From Marsupella aquatica (taxonomy: Eukaryota > Plantae > Marchantiophyta): a stretch of DNA of 64,000 nt. The notes beneath the pieces are model-generated. The model saw only the letters and a program-made list of their open reading frames with translations, was not told the DNA's origin and searched no databases. Of the stretch, positions 60,733 to 64,000 are shown piece after piece; the stretch's first letter is position 1; every line of letters starts with the position of its first letter. The translations under genes and the position numbers were made by a program. The DNA lies in assembly GCA_973895155.1 (NCBI GenBank), contig OZ316893.1, forward strand, positions 8,456,963 to 8,520,962, given 5' to 3'.

Positions 60733-63480
60733 ATGGAGGGAAAGAGTACACCAGATATGATCTCGATGTCACGGCCCTCACGAGACAATCGGGCATCGAA
60801 AAACCCCAAGGTCACTTCGGATATCGCCAATCCCCGTCCTCAGTCCAAGAAATCTCAGATCCGTGCTTCCGGGAACGGCACCAGTCCCCGCGCTATCGCT
60901 ACCCCTGCGTCCAAGAAAGCCAAGACCGGAGTTGAGAATACTCAGGAGGGAGGAGCGTCCAGCGTAGCGTCGAAGGATACGACAGGTTCTGGACGCACCA
61001 CTGACAGGTCCAGGTCTTCCAAGCGCGCGGCCAGTGAGAACGGTAGCGATGTGACGCTGGACGCTCTTCGGCCAGCAAAGAAACGGAAGATTAGCAAAGA
61101 GAGTGGTGCTACTGCTCCTCCGTCATCCGCCCCGGTTCCATCTGCTGTAGACACGGAGAGTTCGAAATCCGACGTAGAAAATGGAAAGCATACCGCCCTT
61201 GCTGCGTCCCCCACGACAGCCGGTGAGCCCCTCCCTCTTCCAGATTATGGGCTGAGAAATATAAAGAGCGGACTTGCTGCGAGTGCAGATATTACTAGTA
61301 GCACCGGCCAACTTGCCGAAGAAATTCAAGGCGAAGGAGGATCTGCTGCACTGCACCAGATCGGTGGCAGGTCCACAAGAACAACAGCAAACGGTCTTTC
61401 AGGAGCAGCAGCAGAGAAACGGCAGGAAGAGCTCAGGGCCCTGAGACCGAGACCTCAAACAACCGCCCGGAAGGTTAAGAAGCGCACGCGGTTCCACGAG
61501 GTTACTCTCGGGGAAGGGGATGGTCCGCGCATTGTCGGCAGAAGAATTAAGGTCTTCTGGCCTCTCGAGAAAAGATTTTTCTACGGGCACGTGAAGGCCT
61601 TCAATGGCGCCAGAAAACTTCAGCACAAGATCGTGTACGACGACAAGGATGAGGAGTGGCTCAGGCTACAGAACGAAGTTTTTGGGATTGAGTTGGAACC
61701 CGGAGAGGTTTTCGGAGGGCCAGCATCGTTGTCACCAGCCACCGCAGAGGCTGATGCTGATGCTGAGCACAACGACGTGGATAATTCTAATGAGCGTACA
61801 GGGGTTACTGCTACTGCTGTTGACGACGGTGGGACAGAAACTGAGGCCGTCGAGACCACGACCACCGGCGAGGGTAGGATCAAACCGGAGGGTGTTTATC
61901 GGCGAAAACGGAAAGATGAGAGAACGAACGAGGAGAAGACCACCCAACTATCATCAGATGGAGCAGCGATTGAGCATCATGAGAAGAGCGGCGAGGGGGG
62001 AGATCGCAATGATGCAGAGAAGAGTGGGAGCGGAGGAAATGGGGACGAGGACAAGAAAGGGAAAAGAGATGGCGAGAAGGACAACTCGACGGGGGCAGGG
62101 AATAGAGATGGTGAAGACAAGAAAAGGACAGGAGATAGTGACACAAAGAACAAAACGGAAGGAGCAGCAAGCGAGCGGAAAAAGAGGCTGGAAGGGAAGG
62201 AAAGTATTTGGACAAAAGAGGAGGGTAACAATAATAAGCAACGAAGAGCGTTGGCTGAGAGGTTGGGACGGGTGAATGCCAAACGGTCTTCTGGGAATTC
62301 CAGTGTTTCTCGTGAGCATGGGAAAAAGGGAGTCTTCATAGTGACTTCTAGAGATCGTAGGAATAAAGCAATTGTAGAAGGATCAAGCCGTCGCAGAAAG
62401 AAGGCAGGAGGCGATGAAAAGGTTCGGAACAAGGTTAGCAGCTCCGTCCAAATTCGCACCAGACAATCGAATTTGGCTGACCAGGATAGCAGCAAAAAAA
62501 CTCCGAGGAGTCGGATTCGCGACGACGACAGGCTTTTCCCTAGTGTGAAGTCGCCTATCGCTGTGATCAAGCGTAGTTTGGTACCACCTGTGTGCAACAA
62601 GCGGTCCAGCGAGGAACCGAAAACGACGCCCCGAAGCAGTTCTGAAGTTAAGCAACATTCTGGACAGATACAACAAATCGAGCAAAAGATAGCCGCGGGG
62701 GAGGAGCACGATAAACTTATTAGCAGTTTTGCCGTTAATATCAGAGAACAAAAGCAGACAGAAGGGGAATTCTCGTTGCCTAGCCACGAGGGAGCCAATG
62801 CGCCGCTGGGTCCGTTTGAGGCTGTGATGGATGCCTACCGAGAGGCCTTGTCCGGGACAAACGATGTGCCTACTAGCAGTACTCTTGCAAATCGTGCAGC
62901 GGAGCAACACTCCGCCGAAACAGTTAGGGAGAACGAAGGAGCGTCCTTGAAAACTGATTCTTTGGGTGTTCAAGATGACGAGGAGGCGGAGGTTGTGGGG
63001 GAAGATCTGGATGAGACTGGCCGTTTGACGAGCGGAAGAACGTCACCTGCTGGCCCTTTCGTCACCAGCAGAAGGGGAAGTGCAGTGACAACAGAATCTT
63101 TGCAATTTCGTAGAGATGATCACCACCAGGCTGGGAATGAAGTTGAGAGTGATTTGCTGACAGGAGTAGGAGGAGAATTGAACGAAGAGAAGGATGGTCA
63201 ACGGTTGGGCGGAGGAGAGGTCTCAACAACCGAGGTGGTGGTGCTAACGCCTCTGACCACTCCTGTCACTGACCTAAGACCTGAATTAAAAGAATCACCA
63301 GATAAGGTGTATCGAAGGGCAAAGCAGTATCAACAAGAGAAGGTGTACCGCAGACTAAAGCATTCGCGTGATAAGAAGGTGCACAATAATGGCGTCGATG
63401 AATCAGCTGACGTCCCTCAAATTGTTGTGCCCGCTCCTCAATATTTGGTTTTGGCCAGGGATTTACCTTCGGCGTCTCAT
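60733..63480 (+). CDS. Tudor-domain chromatin protein, Enhancer-of-Polycomb-related (EPCR-like); first coding exon, gene continues beyond the window
   Basis: KKRTRFHEV...IVGRRIKVFWPLEKRFFYGHV...HKIVYDDKDEEWLRLQNEVF resembles the Tudor region of Arabidopsis EPCR1/2 as recalled. Repeated VYRR motifs, first ATG at 60733, donor CAT|GTGAGT at 63481. Confidence 0.75.
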
Positions 63481-64000
63481 GTGAGTTGATCTGCTCAAAT
63501 CCCTTTCCCTCTGCGGTGGCGATTTTTTAATTTCTCTTCTTAAATCGTCGCTTGGTAAGCAGATCATGTGCTCATGATTTAAGCTTTCTTCTGTACCTAT
63601 TGATACCTTTCTTCAGATGTACATCTGTCTGCTGTGCGAGAGCGATCCTTGCCTGTCCTGGTGCTTTGTTGTCATCAAGACCCGTCTTTTTTTATTTTGG
63701 CAGGTATTATTTTATGGGGCAAGAATTGCTGCTTTTGGCTCCTCTCCTCACAACTTTGATAGGACTGCCTTCTCTAGGCTGCAATGTTCGAGCACTGTCG
63801 AAGACTCTCGTTTGCAACTCGGCACGTTTTATGGGGCACCCAGCTTGCACTCGCTTTTGAGAGTGTCGTGGAAGTCACTCTGGTGGTTGTTCGCCACCAT
63901 GTTAGTTACTGTCAACGAAGTAGAGGTTCATACGAGCTCGGTCGAATCATCGAGTCTTTGTGTCAGGAAGATCAGGAAGTCCTATCTTTTGCCCCTGAGA

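Noticed and set aside
61977-62973. Minus-strand ORFs of 196-273 aa
   Set aside because: Antisense to the purine-rich Tudor-protein exon.

Overview
This is eukaryotic nuclear DNA from a land plant, most likely a moss-like bryophyte, judged from the style of the PLS-DYW PPR protein and the intron structure. Three genes look intact: an intronless 1157-aa DYW-type PPR RNA-editing factor with a recently amplified 303-bp P-L-S unit (30713-34186), a 9-exon Hsp110/SSE-type Hsp70 with heat-shock elements and one GC-AG intron (39507-43921), and the first large exon of a Tudor-domain, Enhancer-of-Polycomb-related (EPCR-like) gene running off the window (60733-63480+). Most of 1-30 kb and 44-58 kb is transposon and pseudogene debris. 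It includes a decayed GC-rich Helitron2/Helentron-type Rep-helicase with a spliced accessory ORF, a Kolobok-like DDE transposase relic, a Gypsy gag-protease fragment, an L1 3' end, non-autonomous Helitrons (one with its empty site visible), an MSH4 retrocopy and many tandem repeats. The most unusual item is a spliced Muscleblind-like tandem CCCH gene (10408-10888). No rRNA, tRNA or CRISPR was recognised. All family calls come from reading motifs by eye, not from database searches.
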